Shown: in pieces, positions 19,046-27,877 of the stretch
How the letters are laid out: every line of letters starts with the position of its first letter
Numbering within the stretch: position 1 is the stretch's first letter
From: Candidatus Collierbacteria bacterium RIFCSPLOWO2_01_FULL_50_23
GTDB taxonomy: Bacteria; Patescibacteriota; Microgenomatia; UBA1400; MFAQ01
Assembly (NCBI GenBank): GCA_001774555.1
Contig: MFAI01000036.1
Span: 67,488 to 102,156 of the forward strand
Direction: 5' to 3'
Length of the DNA: 34,669 nt
Program-made: the position numbers and the translations under genes
The notes under the pieces: model-generated
What the model saw: the letters and a program-made list of their open reading frames with translations, nothing else
What the model was told of the DNA's origin: nothing
Database searches by the model: none

Positions 19046-21637
19046 CTATCGCCGCCGGTCTGTTCCAAAAAATTTGATCTTCTCTCCCCTGAATGTCAGA
19101 CTGATTTGTGACAAAGGACCATTCCTGTGTTTGGAGATATTCAGTTTGTAGTCAGTCAGGTTGTTGTCATCGGGTTTGTAAAGAAACATGACCACGTCGG
19201 CATCCTGTTCGATACTGTTGTGAACAACCATATCATTGGCCAGGAAATTGGCGTGACCCGGAACAGTTGCATCAAAAACCTCCATCTCTCCACGATCAGT
19301 TATTTCCACTACTTCGTCCCAGTAAATATCCGAACTGGCCAAGTCGAAAAATCTCTTCTCTGGTAGAACTTGATGAATCTTCAAGAGGCGCTTCCGGCTT
19401 ATCCCACTATTGTGACGCTGTGTGCCACTATATGCCCAGTCCAGTCTTTTATGAAACTCCCTTGTTGTCAAACCCGCCCGACGCCTGGCGTCTTCTATCT
19501 CCCCCCAAACTTCCTTCGGCACGACGTCGTCGTTGGGATTCTCTGTTATTCCGCCCAGTAGTTTCATCGCCTCGATGGCCCTTCTCCCCTTCTCCCCCAC
19601 CACACCAACTAATTGTAAAAACTTAACCTGTTCGATCTTTCCTTGAACCACGGCTATCCACATATCCTCATTACCATTCTTCTTTGTGGACGTGACCCGC
19701 GCTCTGATCCCCAACCGCAACAACAGGTGCGCCACCTGCTCTATCAACTGTCGACTACCCGAAGCATAATAAATTCTTATCTTCGGTCCTTTTCCCTTTG
19801 AATTTATATGAACACAACCATCAGTAGACCACAGGTGTTTCAAAAACAAAGCTACTTTCTCTTTTGATTGGAGGAAAATTACTTCCGGAATTCGTTTCTC
19901 TCTAGACCTTTGATCAAAAATTCCCAGATCATCAAGCCATTTTACAATCGGGTTGCGTCGTCCCCTTGCCAATTTATAAACGGACGGTAGATACAAATGA
20001 TACCAATTTGATTGGGGCACGATCCGTGGCTTTATTGTAAATTCGGCAACAGCCGCCCGACGAACTATTTCGATCAGCTCCATTTCGGAGTTTGTATAGT
20101 GCAAGGGCTGATCGGCTAGATAGCAACCATCCCCAATAAGATGGGCCAAAACAACCAACCGGTTGTCACTAACCTGTCTCACGGTGTCACCCTTCCCGAC
20201 CACAACCTCTCTCGCCACACCGATGTGGTCACCCGCATTTAAGCGATCAAGTCTCGTCCACCCAGAAACTTTATAAAAAGGATGATTCGCCGACGCTCTT
20301 ATTATCCGCCCACTCTTAAGCTTCAGTTCGAAAATCCTTTTTTTACCACTCAAAAACGCTCTGCTAATCTTCGCTGGAACAAGTTTCATTTCATTATTCA
20401 TTGCCAAAACCGGAATATCCTTTTTACACACCAAGTCCCCAATTTTGACCCGCTCGCCAGTGTCTTGCCTGACAATTAAAGTATCTCCGGTTAGACAGCC
20501 GGACTCGCGTAAATCCGACAGTTGGGGAATCTTTTCACCACGACTCTCCACCGCACGGGATAGCTGTGACAAGGCAATCACTGGGATACGGAGCTCGCGC
20601 GCCAAGTTCTTCAAACCTTGCGAGATCGCACCCACTTCCTGGACTCGGCTTTCGTATCTACCATCCCCAACCGCGAGCTGGAGGTAGTCCACTACAAGTA
20701 GCTTAAGGCCCACTTCGGCATGAAGACGTCTTGCTTTGGTTCTCATCTGGAGAATAGTTTGCCCCGGCGTATCGTCGATAAAAAGCGGCGAATCGGCCAA
20801 AATACCCATCGCCTCTGACAACTTTTCAAAATCTTCCGGTTTGAGATTTCCTGTCTTCATCTTCCAGGCATCAATTCCCGCCTGCCCGACCAACATGCGG
20901 TCGACCAGTTCGAGATTACTCATTTCCAGAGAAAAAATACCTACCGGGATCTTCTTTTCTACCGCCGCGAACTGGGCAATGTTTGTTGCAAAAGCAGTCT
21001 TTCCGACGCCGGGACGGGCCGCCACAATGATTAGATTGCTATCCTGCAAACCAACCAGCACGTCATCCAAATCAGAAAAACCGGTAGGAACACCTCGGAG
21101 TCCTCCCTCCATCTTCTGCAATTCATCAAGTCGGTCAAAACTTTCAGCCAATGCTTCCTTGATCGGAATAAAGGAGCGTTTGATATTTTTCTGCGACAGC
21201 GAAAAAACTGCTCTTTCCGCCGTGTCCAGAATTGTCTCCAGATTGTTACTTTCATCAAAGGCCAATTCCCCCAACGTCCCCGCCGCCGAAATCATTTGCC
21301 TCTTGATGTAAGTCTCTTTTACCAAGGCTCCGTACTTGACGACATTGGCCGAAGTGGGAACTTCATTGGTCAACTCGGATAAATAAGCCATTCCACCCAC
21401 CCGAGTCAGTCCCTTCTCCTTCTTCAACCAATCAGAAACCGTAATTACGTCAATAGGATCGCGGTTTTCATACAAAGAAATCATCGCCGAATAGATCAGG
21501 CCGTGGTTTTCTCTATAGAACATTTCCGCCTTGAGTGACTCAGCTACCTCGACAATCGCATCCTTATCAATCAGAATCGCTCCCAGAACTGACTTTTCCG
21601 CTTCATCAGAATGTGGTGGAACTTTAAAGTTAGCCAT
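19046..21637 (-). CDS. dnaB: Replicative DNA helicase DnaB, intein-containing
   Basis: PPHS.EAE, AARPGVGKT, DYLQL and LSQLSR; LRESG/SIEQDAD is split by an intein. Confidence 0.98.
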   Translation of the reverse strand: MANFKVPPHSDEAEKSVLGAILIDKDAIVEVAESLKAEMFYRENHGLIYSAMISLYENRDPIDVITVSDWLKKEKGLTRVGGMAYLSELTNEVPTSANVVKYGALVKETYIKRQMISAAGTLGELAFDESNNLETILDTAERAVFSLSQKNIKRSFIPIKEALAESFDRLDELQKMEGGLRGVPTGFSDLDDVLVGLQDSNLIIVAARPGVGKTAFATNIAQFAAVEKKIPVGIFSLEMSNLELVDRMLVGQAGIDAWKMKTGNLKPEDFEKLSEAMGILADSPLFIDDTPGQTILQMRTKARRLHAEVGLKLLVVDYLQLAVGDGRYESRVQEVGAISQGLKNLARELRIPVIALSQLSRAVESRGEKIPQLSDLRESGCLTGDTLIVRQDTGERVKIGDLVCKKDIPVLAMNNEMKLVPAKISRAFLSGKKRIFELKLKSGRIIRASANHPFYKVSGWTRLDRLNAGDHIGVAREVVVGKGDTVRQVSDNRLVVLAHLIGDGCYLADQPLHYTNSEMELIEIVRRAAVAEFTIKPRIVPQSNWYHLYLPSVYKLARGRRNPIVKWLDDLGIFDQRSREKRIPEVIFLQSKEKVALFLKHLWSTDGCVHINSKGKGPKIRIYYASGSRQLIEQVAHLLLRLGIRARVTSTKKNGNEDMWIAVVQGKIEQVKFLQLVGVVGEKGRRAIEAMKLLGGITENPNDDVVPKEVWGEIEDARRRAGLTTREFHKRLDWAYSGTQRHNSGISRKRLLKIHQVLPEKRFFDLASSDIYWDEVVEITDRGEMEVFDATVPGHANFLANDMVVHNSIEQDADVVMFLYKPDDNNLTDYKLNISKHRNGPLSQISLTFRGEKIKFFGTDRRR
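19217..20497 (-). mobile_element. 427-aa intein with a LAGLIDADG homing endonuclease
   Basis: Starts CLTGDT, block B SANHPF, LAGLIDADG-like LAHLIGDG and LWSTDG, ends VVHN followed by Ser+1. Confidence 0.96.
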
Positions 21638-22208
21638 TCAAGACCACTACCTCGGTACTCTCAGGCAGAGAGTCGGCGTCTAATTTGAGTTTGTCCATGT
21701 CGCGCTTGACGACCTCAAATTTGTTGGTAGACAAAAAATGATCGACTTCACCGATTGCATCATAACCCATCAGGACGGCAAGATATGGCTCACAGGCGTC
21801 GATGAGACCCGCTCCCCCGGTCAGGGTTACCAACAAAACGTCGATTTCGGACAATTTCTGCTTCATCTTCTCGTCAGGATCGCCGACTAATGCGCCGGTG
21901 TGGGCAACCTCAACGCCGTCGCCGCTTATCCTCACCACCATCCCCTCTTTGCCGATCTCTACTCTGTCTGCGATAATACCAACACCACCGAGCTCATATT
22001 CTCCCTCTTTATCAATAACAAATGTTTTTTCTCGGTTTACTGCCCCGGAGATTTCAAACCTACCTGCCTGCCCGCCTGCATGCGCAGCTTGCGGCGTGGT
22101 ATAAATAACCACATCCGCTTTTTCTTTGGAAGAGATCGGATCAATGACCAGGGTCAAGGTCTTGGTCTTAAATTTAAAACTGTTTTTACCCAAAAATGTT
22201 ATCTCCAT
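21630..22208 (-). CDS. Degenerate MBL-fold (Zn-hydrolase-like) protein
   Basis: MEITFLG.NSF, IDP, GEYE..GV and IDVLLV. The HxHxDH region is replaced by a repeat-derived peptide. Confidence 0.75.
   Translation of the reverse strand: MEITFLGKNSFKFKTKTLTLVIDPISSKEKADVVIYTTPQAAHAGGQAGRFEISGAVNREKTFVIDKEGEYELGGVGIIADRVEIGKEGMVVRISGDGVEVAHTGALVGDPDEKMKQKLSEIDVLLVTLTGGAGLIDACEPYLAVLMGYDAIGEVDHFLSTNKFEVVKRDMDKLKLDADSLPESTEVVVLNG
22067..22100. repeat. 34-bp intragenic repeat, copy A (encodes TTPQAAHAGGQ)
   Basis: 27/34 identical to 33581-33614. Confidence 0.85.
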
Positions 22209-22290
22209 ACCTGCCCGCCCCTGGGGGGAGCGAGTTTATCTTAACACATGGTCCGAACGGTAGGATGTGATATAGTTTGCTTGTTCTATT

Positions 22291-22722
22291 ATGCGTAAAG
22301 AAGTCATTTTTGCAATCATCGTCGGTCTGGTCCTTGGACTCGTCATTCTCTATGGTATCCAAGTAGCCAACAAGTCAGCCAAACAGGCGGCCTTGGTACT
22401 TGCTCCCACCCCCGAAGAAACGGTCACTCAGGTCCCCACACCCACCCCCGTCTCCGGCTTGACGATCGTTTCGCCGGCCGATCATTCCGTGATTAACACC
22501 TCAATAGTAAAAATTATCGGCAAGACCGACCCAAACTCGACAGTGGCGGTCTATTCTTCCGAAGATGACGCCTTGGTCAGCGCAGACAAAGACGGCAATT
22601 TTTCCTTCGATCTAAAGCTCACCGGTGGTGAAAACGTCATCAAGGTCACCGCCCTAAAACCCGATCAATCCATCCAAGGAACCCAAATAACCGTTATTTA
22701 CACCACCGCCAAAATCAACTGA
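22291..22722 (+). CDS. Membrane-anchored protein with a PT-rich linker and an Ig-like domain
   Basis: N-terminal TM, PTPTP linker and DGNFSF...L..GEN.I.V.A. Confidence 0.8.
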   Translation: MRKEVIFAIIVGLVLGLVILYGIQVANKSAKQAALVLAPTPEETVTQVPTPTPVSGLTIVSPADHSVINTSIVKIIGKTDPNSTVAVYSSEDDALVSADKDGNFSFDLKLTGGENVIKVTALKPDQSIQGTQITVIYTTAKIN

Positions 22723-22724
22723 TC

Positions 22725-23375
22725 ATGAAGAAACTAGCTACCTTACTGCTAACCACATATATTCTTGTGCTATCCGCCCACCCGATCTTCGCAGTTGATA
22801 GCTTGGATACCCCGGTCGGCTCAGCCAGCGCCATCAAAGAGGATATCAACAAACGCATCAAGGAAGCCATCGATAAAAACCTGAAAAATACTCAGGCAGT
22901 CCTTTCCGAAAGCAGTGATCAGATCGTTGGTTACGTCGGCATTGTCAGCGATATCAAACAGGGAGTCTTCAATCTGAACACCGACACGATTGCCCTCCAA
23001 GTCAGTCTGGGTTCGGCAACTCAAATCATCAAAGACAACCAGCCCCTAAAAACAGAGCTCATCTCTCTCAAAGATAAAGCGATCGTCATCGGCAATCTCT
23101 CCTCCCCCGATATTCTTACCGCAAAAAGAATAGTCATCATCAAGGAAATAGCTCCAAAGTCGGAAAAGAAGGTCGTCCTCTCCACCATCGTCAAGGTTGA
23201 TCTTAAGAAAAAAACCATTACTCTGAAGATAGACGACAAAGCCCTGGAAATGACTATGGGAAAACTTATCAAGTTTGATCTCGCCACCCTCAAGTTGACA
23301 CAAAAGATCTTCGGCATCATCGTCATCGATACCGCCTCCGGAGGAACCACTCTTATCCAAGGAAAAATTATCTAA
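22725..23375 (+). CDS. Secreted hypothetical protein with two OB-like (DUF5666-like) repeats
   Basis: Signal peptide ending in IFA; beta-rich repeats; 2 nt after the upstream gene. Confidence 0.75.
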   Translation: MKKLATLLLTTYILVLSAHPIFAVDSLDTPVGSASAIKEDINKRIKEAIDKNLKNTQAVLSESSDQIVGYVGIVSDIKQGVFNLNTDTIALQVSLGSATQIIKDNQPLKTELISLKDKAIVIGNLSSPDILTAKRIVIIKEIAPKSEKKVVLSTIVKVDLKKKTITLKIDDKALEMTMGKLIKFDLATLKLTQKIFGIIVIDTASGGTTLIQGKII

Positions 23376-23384
23376 TTTCCAAAA

Positions 23385-23429
23385 ACCACCTTGTGCCGGG
23401 GTCCTGCCCGAGCCCCGGCAAAAAGTGGT
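23385..23429. repeat. GC-rich hairpin (terminator or REP-like)
   Basis: accac..tgccgggg-tcctgcccgag-ccccggca..gtggt. Confidence 0.55.
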
Positions 23430-23472
23430 CTATTTGGCCCATAATTTACCTCATCCGGCCTCAAAAGTCAAT

Positions 23473-23501
23473 TTGACAACGCCCCTCTCCCCTGCTATTA
23501 T
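23473..23501 (+). promoter_or_regulatory. Sigma70 promoter of the T-box/hisS operon
   Basis: TTGACA-17 nt-TATTAT with an extended -10 TG. Confidence 0.88.
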
Positions 23502-23506
23502 CGCCT

Positions 23507-23779
23507 AAAGCGTTACGAGCGGAGTCACGATCCGCAATGGGCTCGCCGAAGCGAAAGCGAAGGCGGCCACGCTTCCCGCCAAAATGCGGGACGGAAGCCA
23601 AACCGAACCAATCAGGCAGTCGATGTCGCACCTAGCGGAGTCGGCCCAAGAGTCTCGAAGAGAAATACTTCGAGGAAAGAAGATGGGACCGCGGGGGTCC
23701 TTTTTTATTGGCCAAAACGCCATAGAGAGGCTCTCGTTCTTCAAAACGTTATTAGTTTTGGGGAACGGGAGCCTTTTTT
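23507..23779 (+). promoter_or_regulatory. T-box riboswitch, His-specific, transcriptional
   Basis: Stem III ctcgaag/cttcgag at 23654-23674. Antiterminator gaaga-TGGGACC-gcgggggtc pairs with ggctctcgt-tcttc. An alternative terminator spans 23728-23779. UGGG matches the C73 discriminator of tRNA-His, and a CAC specifier candidate lies at 23629. Confidence 0.85.
23728..23779 (+). terminator. T-box attenuator terminator
   Basis: aggctctcgttcttcaaaac / gttttggggaacgggagcct, a 20-bp stem followed by a T-run. Confidence 0.9.
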
Positions 23780-23801
23780 GTTCCCCGACCAATAAAAACA
23801 T

Positions 23802-24998
23802 ATGACCGAAAGACAAAACTGTAGGCCCGAAGTCAAAAAAAACGAGGCTCGGCCAAACTCGAGATATCTCATCTTGTCCGAAAATGGTTTTGGTGGGAAA
23901 AAATATCGTTTAGCGAAAAAATATCTAAAGTCATCGGGGAATACTACAGAGTCATGGGCAATCAAACGTGACGGCAACTGTTTCGTCACCCAAGTGACGA
24001 TATCAGGTGAAGCTGGCAGGCTGGATAAAATCACTACAAGAATCGGAAGTAAAAAAGTAAAAATTGCTATCTTCCAGCCAGCGAACGAGTCGGACTTCGC
24101 CTACTATCTTGAAAAAAGAAACCCGGTCAAAGACAAATTGCTATTTACCAGTCTCACTATCACCGAAGTCTCACCGGCAACGTATGCCGTTGGGACACTT
24201 AGAGAAAAGTTAAAGACTGAAACGGAGGTCAGTACTCCAACTAAAAAAATGCGGCAACTTCTGAAAGAAACCTCGTATTTACCTGTTCAGAATCTCGAAA
24301 CTATTCTTGCCAGACTCGAGGACTCCATCACCAGGAACCGACCTCTCCGCATCGGTTGTTTCGTCTGCCTCAATATGAAGTGTCTTCAATCTGGTGATAA
24401 ACCGGTTTACTTTGTTGGCCAAGAAAAAAACAGACTGGAGACCCCTAAAGTCTCCAAGCGGACGCGAGAAATTCTTTCAAAATTGGAAAATTCGGGCCTT
24501 AACTTCGCCTGGGATTTTCTGCTGGCAGATACCGATCCGCTGGATATTTACGACGAATGGCTCGGGCAACAAGAACTGGTCAAAGAAATAGGTAGGTATA
24601 AATCCAGGTTAGAGAAATCAATCGCTAGCCTATCCCCCAACACCTCAATCAAATCTTGGTCTGACGTTCAGGCTATGTTCCAAAAAAAATATCAGACAGA
24701 TTTTCAAAGGGCCTTTGAGACATGCGACCAGCTTGTAGGCACAGAATATATAGCTTCCAGTGCTAGACGCCGGCTTGCATATTTCACCGACAGGGTCGGG
24801 CTTCCCTATTCAGACGAGATCACCAAAATCTGTGAAACCACCGCCAAAAGAAATATCGCCCTCTATGCCGCTCAGGGACCGATTCTTTACGATTCATATG
24901 ATCTACTTGTAATTTCCGATCCCGATCCATCAAGACTTGGAAAGATCCAAAGCCTACTCTGTCCAAAATTACCAATCTGGTATCCCTTCCCGGGATAA
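23802..24998 (+). CDS. Hypothetical protein; C-terminal ~250 aa paralogous to the next gene, possibly CDPS/class-I-aaRS-like fold
   Basis: 398-aa ORF directly after the T-box, with colinear motifs shared with 25005-25721. Confidence 0.8.
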   Translation: MTERQNCRPEVKKNEARPNSRYLILSENGFGGKKYRLAKKYLKSSGNTTESWAIKRDGNCFVTQVTISGEAGRLDKITTRIGSKKVKIAIFQPANESDFAYYLEKRNPVKDKLLFTSLTITEVSPATYAVGTLREKLKTETEVSTPTKKMRQLLKETSYLPVQNLETILARLEDSITRNRPLRIGCFVCLNMKCLQSGDKPVYFVGQEKNRLETPKVSKRTREILSKLENSGLNFAWDFLLADTDPLDIYDEWLGQQELVKEIGRYKSRLEKSIASLSPNTSIKSWSDVQAMFQKKYQTDFQRAFETCDQLVGTEYIASSARRRLAYFTDRVGLPYSDEITKICETTAKRNIALYAAQGPILYDSYDLLVISDPDPSRLGKIQSLLCPKLPIWYPFPG

Positions 24999-25004
24999 AA
25001 ACAA

Positions 25005-25721
25005 ATGACCAAAACACAGAAGTTCCTAAAAAACATTCAGGCAATATCCATCGCTCCACCGGAAAACATTATCCGCATTCTGGAGTTAATCGACAACAAT
25101 AAACCCATCACTTTTTTCAGTTGGAAAATGTTTGGGATCAAAATGACTCAGAAGGGTCTAATCGCCAACCCCAGTTTCGACACCGACGAAGCGGATAAAT
25201 ACATCATCAAAGAAAAGAATTTCATCAAGACCTTACTGAAATTAGAAATCAATTTCAAATACATCAAACTCATCCCCAACGAGCTACCCAAAGTATTCTT
25301 TGGTGTGAACCTCCCCAAAGAATCAACTAGTTTTGCGGTCAATGTCTCTCGCTACTTCAAGAAGATCTACCCCAAAACCAAAGTAATCAAATTGTCCGAG
25401 TTGCTTTCCAATCGCCCCCTCGCGTTAGTCTACCAAAAGGCGTTTGCCAAGGGACAGACCGAAAACATTGACCCAAAGAAATTTGCCAAGGAAAAACTTT
25501 CTCGGTCAACATATTACTCAGACGAACCTCTATCGAACGAAAAAGGGACAATCCTTGCCCAAAAAGCTTTCGGTCTTTTTTCCGCCGAAACCGCCATAAT
25601 TTTCAAATATATTACAAATCCTGTCTTGCTCGCGGGTGCAAGGTCAATAGATACTTACAAATACAAGTTTTCAAAATATCCCAAAGATCGACCAATATTA
25701 CCAATATTATTTGTTCTATAA
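25005..25721 (+). CDS. Hypothetical protein, paralogue of the upstream gene's C-terminal domain
   Basis: 238 aa, AT-rich; its stop abuts hisS (TAATG). Confidence 0.8.
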   Translation: MTKTQKFLKNIQAISIAPPENIIRILELIDNNKPITFFSWKMFGIKMTQKGLIANPSFDTDEADKYIIKEKNFIKTLLKLEINFKYIKLIPNELPKVFFGVNLPKESTSFAVNVSRYFKKIYPKTKVIKLSELLSNRPLALVYQKAFAKGQTENIDPKKFAKEKLSRSTYYSDEPLSNEKGTILAQKAFGLFSAETAIIFKYITNPVLLAGARSIDTYKYKFSKYPKDRPILPILFVL

Positions 25722-26968
25722 TGAAAAACATGGCCCAAAACAAAATTCAAACTCTCAAAGGCTTCCGGGACTTTCTCCCCGAGCAGGCCAAAAAAAGACA
25801 GTGGTTAACACGCAGAATTGAGGCTGTTTTTGAGCTCTGGGGCTATGACCCACTCGAAACCCCGACTCTCGAACCACTGGAGCTTTTTGCTGGTCAGATT
25901 GGTGAAGAGGAACAACTCTTCTTCAAATTCGAGGATAATGCCGGCCGTCAGGTCGCCCTCCGTTATGACCAAACCGTCCCCACTTGCCGCGTCGTCGGTC
26001 AATACGCTCAAGTGCTCCCCATGCCCTTTCGCCGCTACCAAATCCAGCCCGTCTTCCGGGCCGAAAAACCCCAAAAAGGCCGCTACCGTGAATTTACCCA
26101 GTGCGATGCGGATATCTTTGGAGTTGCCTCTCCCTTAGCCGACGCCGAGGTGATCGCCCTTTCTCTCGATATTTATCGCCGTCTTGGGTTTCCCAATGCG
26201 CTTGTCCTCGTCAATGACCGTTCGCTTCTTTCGGACCTCCCCTACAAGGCCATCGTCGCCATCGACAAACTGGAAAAAATCGGAGAAGCGGGTGTCATCA
26301 CAGAGATGATAGCCAAGGGTATCGACGAGACGACCGCCAGAGACTATCTGATCAAAGTCCGCGCCCTCACCCCGAATGAAACAATACGGATAATTTTTGA
26401 CTATCTGGACAAGTCCGGTTTTGACAGCTCTTGGTACAAATTCGAACCCACCCTGGCCCGCTCCTTTTCCTACTCAACCGGGCCCATCTGGGAAGTGAAG
26501 ATTCCGGGTTTTGATTCTGGTTCGGTTCTCGGTGGCGAACGCTACGACCAATTGGTCGAAAGGGTTTCGGGAATCAATGTTTCCGGTACCGGTTTCGGTC
26601 TTGGCTTTGATCGAACTCTGGAGGCAGCAGAACAGTTAGGGCTGATCCCCAGTTTCAAAACAGGCAGCCAAGTACTGATTTGTACCCTAGGCAAAGACAA
26701 CCTGAATCTCTCCCTGATACTGACCAGCGCCCTGCGCGATAATGGCGGCGTGAACACGGAAATCTACCCCGATCCGGAGGCAAAACTGGACAAGCAGTTA
26801 AAATACGCCAACAAGAAAGGCATCCCCTTCGTCGCTATCCTCGGCGAAAACGAAATCAAAAACCAGACCGTGACGGTGAAAAATATGGCCTCGGGGGAAC
26901 AAACAAGTTTGCCATTAGATAAGCCGGATGAACTCGCTGCCTATGTCCAAACACCACCTGTCCAATAA
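25721..26968 (+). CDS. hisS: Histidine--tRNA ligase (start 25721 or 25730)
   Basis: KGFRDF, LRYDQT, FRAEKPQKGRYREFTQCD, GGERYD, GLGFDR and an anticodon-binding domain. Confidence 0.97.
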   Translation: MKNMAQNKIQTLKGFRDFLPEQAKKRQWLTRRIEAVFELWGYDPLETPTLEPLELFAGQIGEEEQLFFKFEDNAGRQVALRYDQTVPTCRVVGQYAQVLPMPFRRYQIQPVFRAEKPQKGRYREFTQCDADIFGVASPLADAEVIALSLDIYRRLGFPNALVLVNDRSLLSDLPYKAIVAIDKLEKIGEAGVITEMIAKGIDETTARDYLIKVRALTPNETIRIIFDYLDKSGFDSSWYKFEPTLARSFSYSTGPIWEVKIPGFDSGSVLGGERYDQLVERVSGINVSGTGFGLGFDRTLEAAEQLGLIPSFKTGSQVLICTLGKDNLNLSLILTSALRDNGGVNTEIYPDPEAKLDKQLKYANKKGIPFVAILGENEIKNQTVTVKNMASGEQTSLPLDKPDELAAYVQTPPVQ

Positions 26969-27872
26969 TCGGTCAAAAGCCTATGCCCTTCTCCTCATAA
27001 ACACGATTTTATGGGGTCTATCTCCCCCGATCATCAAGGTGGCCCTAAATTTCGTCACCACCAATCAATTCCTCTTGGGACGCTATCTGCTTGCCAGTTT
27101 GATCTTCCTTCCCCTTTATTTCATCTTCCAAAACAAAGGTATCAAGCAGCTCCGCCAGGGAAACTGGCCCCTGCTTATCTTCCTAGCTCTGCTTGGCACC
27201 CCACTGACTTTGATTCCTCTTTACGAAGGCCTAAGGCTGACCAGTTCGATCGAGGCATCGATCCTCACTGCCACCGGTCCGCTCCTGGTAATTCTCGGCG
27301 GCCGTATATTTCTGAAAGAAAAGATCAGTCGAAATGAAGAAGTCGGCCTGATCATCGCCATTTTCGGCACTCTACTTCTTGCTTTTGAACCCATCTTTAA
27401 TAACGGTTCGGGAATAAAGTTCTCTCTGATCGGGAACCTGCTTATCTTGGGCAGTAACCTAATTTGGACCGCCTTCCTGCTTTTGGTCAAGAAACTCAAG
27501 ACCGACGCCAGTCAGATCAGTTTGGTCAGCTATCTCGTAAGTATCCCGGTTTTTGCCCTCCTGGTATTCTTTACACCTGTCTCAGTCGTGGCCAGGACCA
27601 ATATCGCCGCCCCTCTTGCCCTAATGGGTATCGTTTATATGGCCATTTTTGGTTCGGTGATCGCCTTCTGGGCCTACACCAAGGGACAGGAATACATCAA
27701 GGCCGGTGAGGCGGCAATCTTTACCTATCTCCAGCCACTCATCACTTTTCCCCTCGCCTATTTCTGGCTTGGCGAGACCCTTTCCGGCTCCAGCCTGCTG
27801 GCCTGCCTCCTGATCGCCACCGGTGTCTACTTCTCCGAATACCACGGCAAATCAAAATCGGCTATAATCTGA
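26943..27872 (+). CDS. DMT/EamA family transporter
   Basis: About 10 TMs in two EamA repeats: ILWG, FLKEK and YLQP...A..WLGE. Overlaps the hisS 3' end. Confidence 0.92.
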   Translation: MSKHHLSNNRSKAYALLLINTILWGLSPPIIKVALNFVTTNQFLLGRYLLASLIFLPLYFIFQNKGIKQLRQGNWPLLIFLALLGTPLTLIPLYEGLRLTSSIEASILTATGPLLVILGGRIFLKEKISRNEEVGLIIAIFGTLLLAFEPIFNNGSGIKFSLIGNLLILGSNLIWTAFLLLVKKLKTDASQISLVSYLVSIPVFALLVFFTPVSVVARTNIAAPLALMGIVYMAIFGSVIAFWAYTKGQEYIKAGEAAIFTYLQPLITFPLAYFWLGETLSGSSLLACLLIATGVYFSEYHGKSKSAII

Positions 27873-27877
27873 AAACG

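Noticed and set aside
18898-19068. N-terminal extension of the methyltransferase ORF
   Set aside because: It is the antisense read of tRNA-Leu. The ATG at 18897 has its own -10.
23505-23816. ORFs 23505-23816 (-) and 23584-23805 (+), or a His leader peptide
   Set aside because: They overlap the T-box, and there is no His-codon run as expected for ribosome-mediated attenuation.
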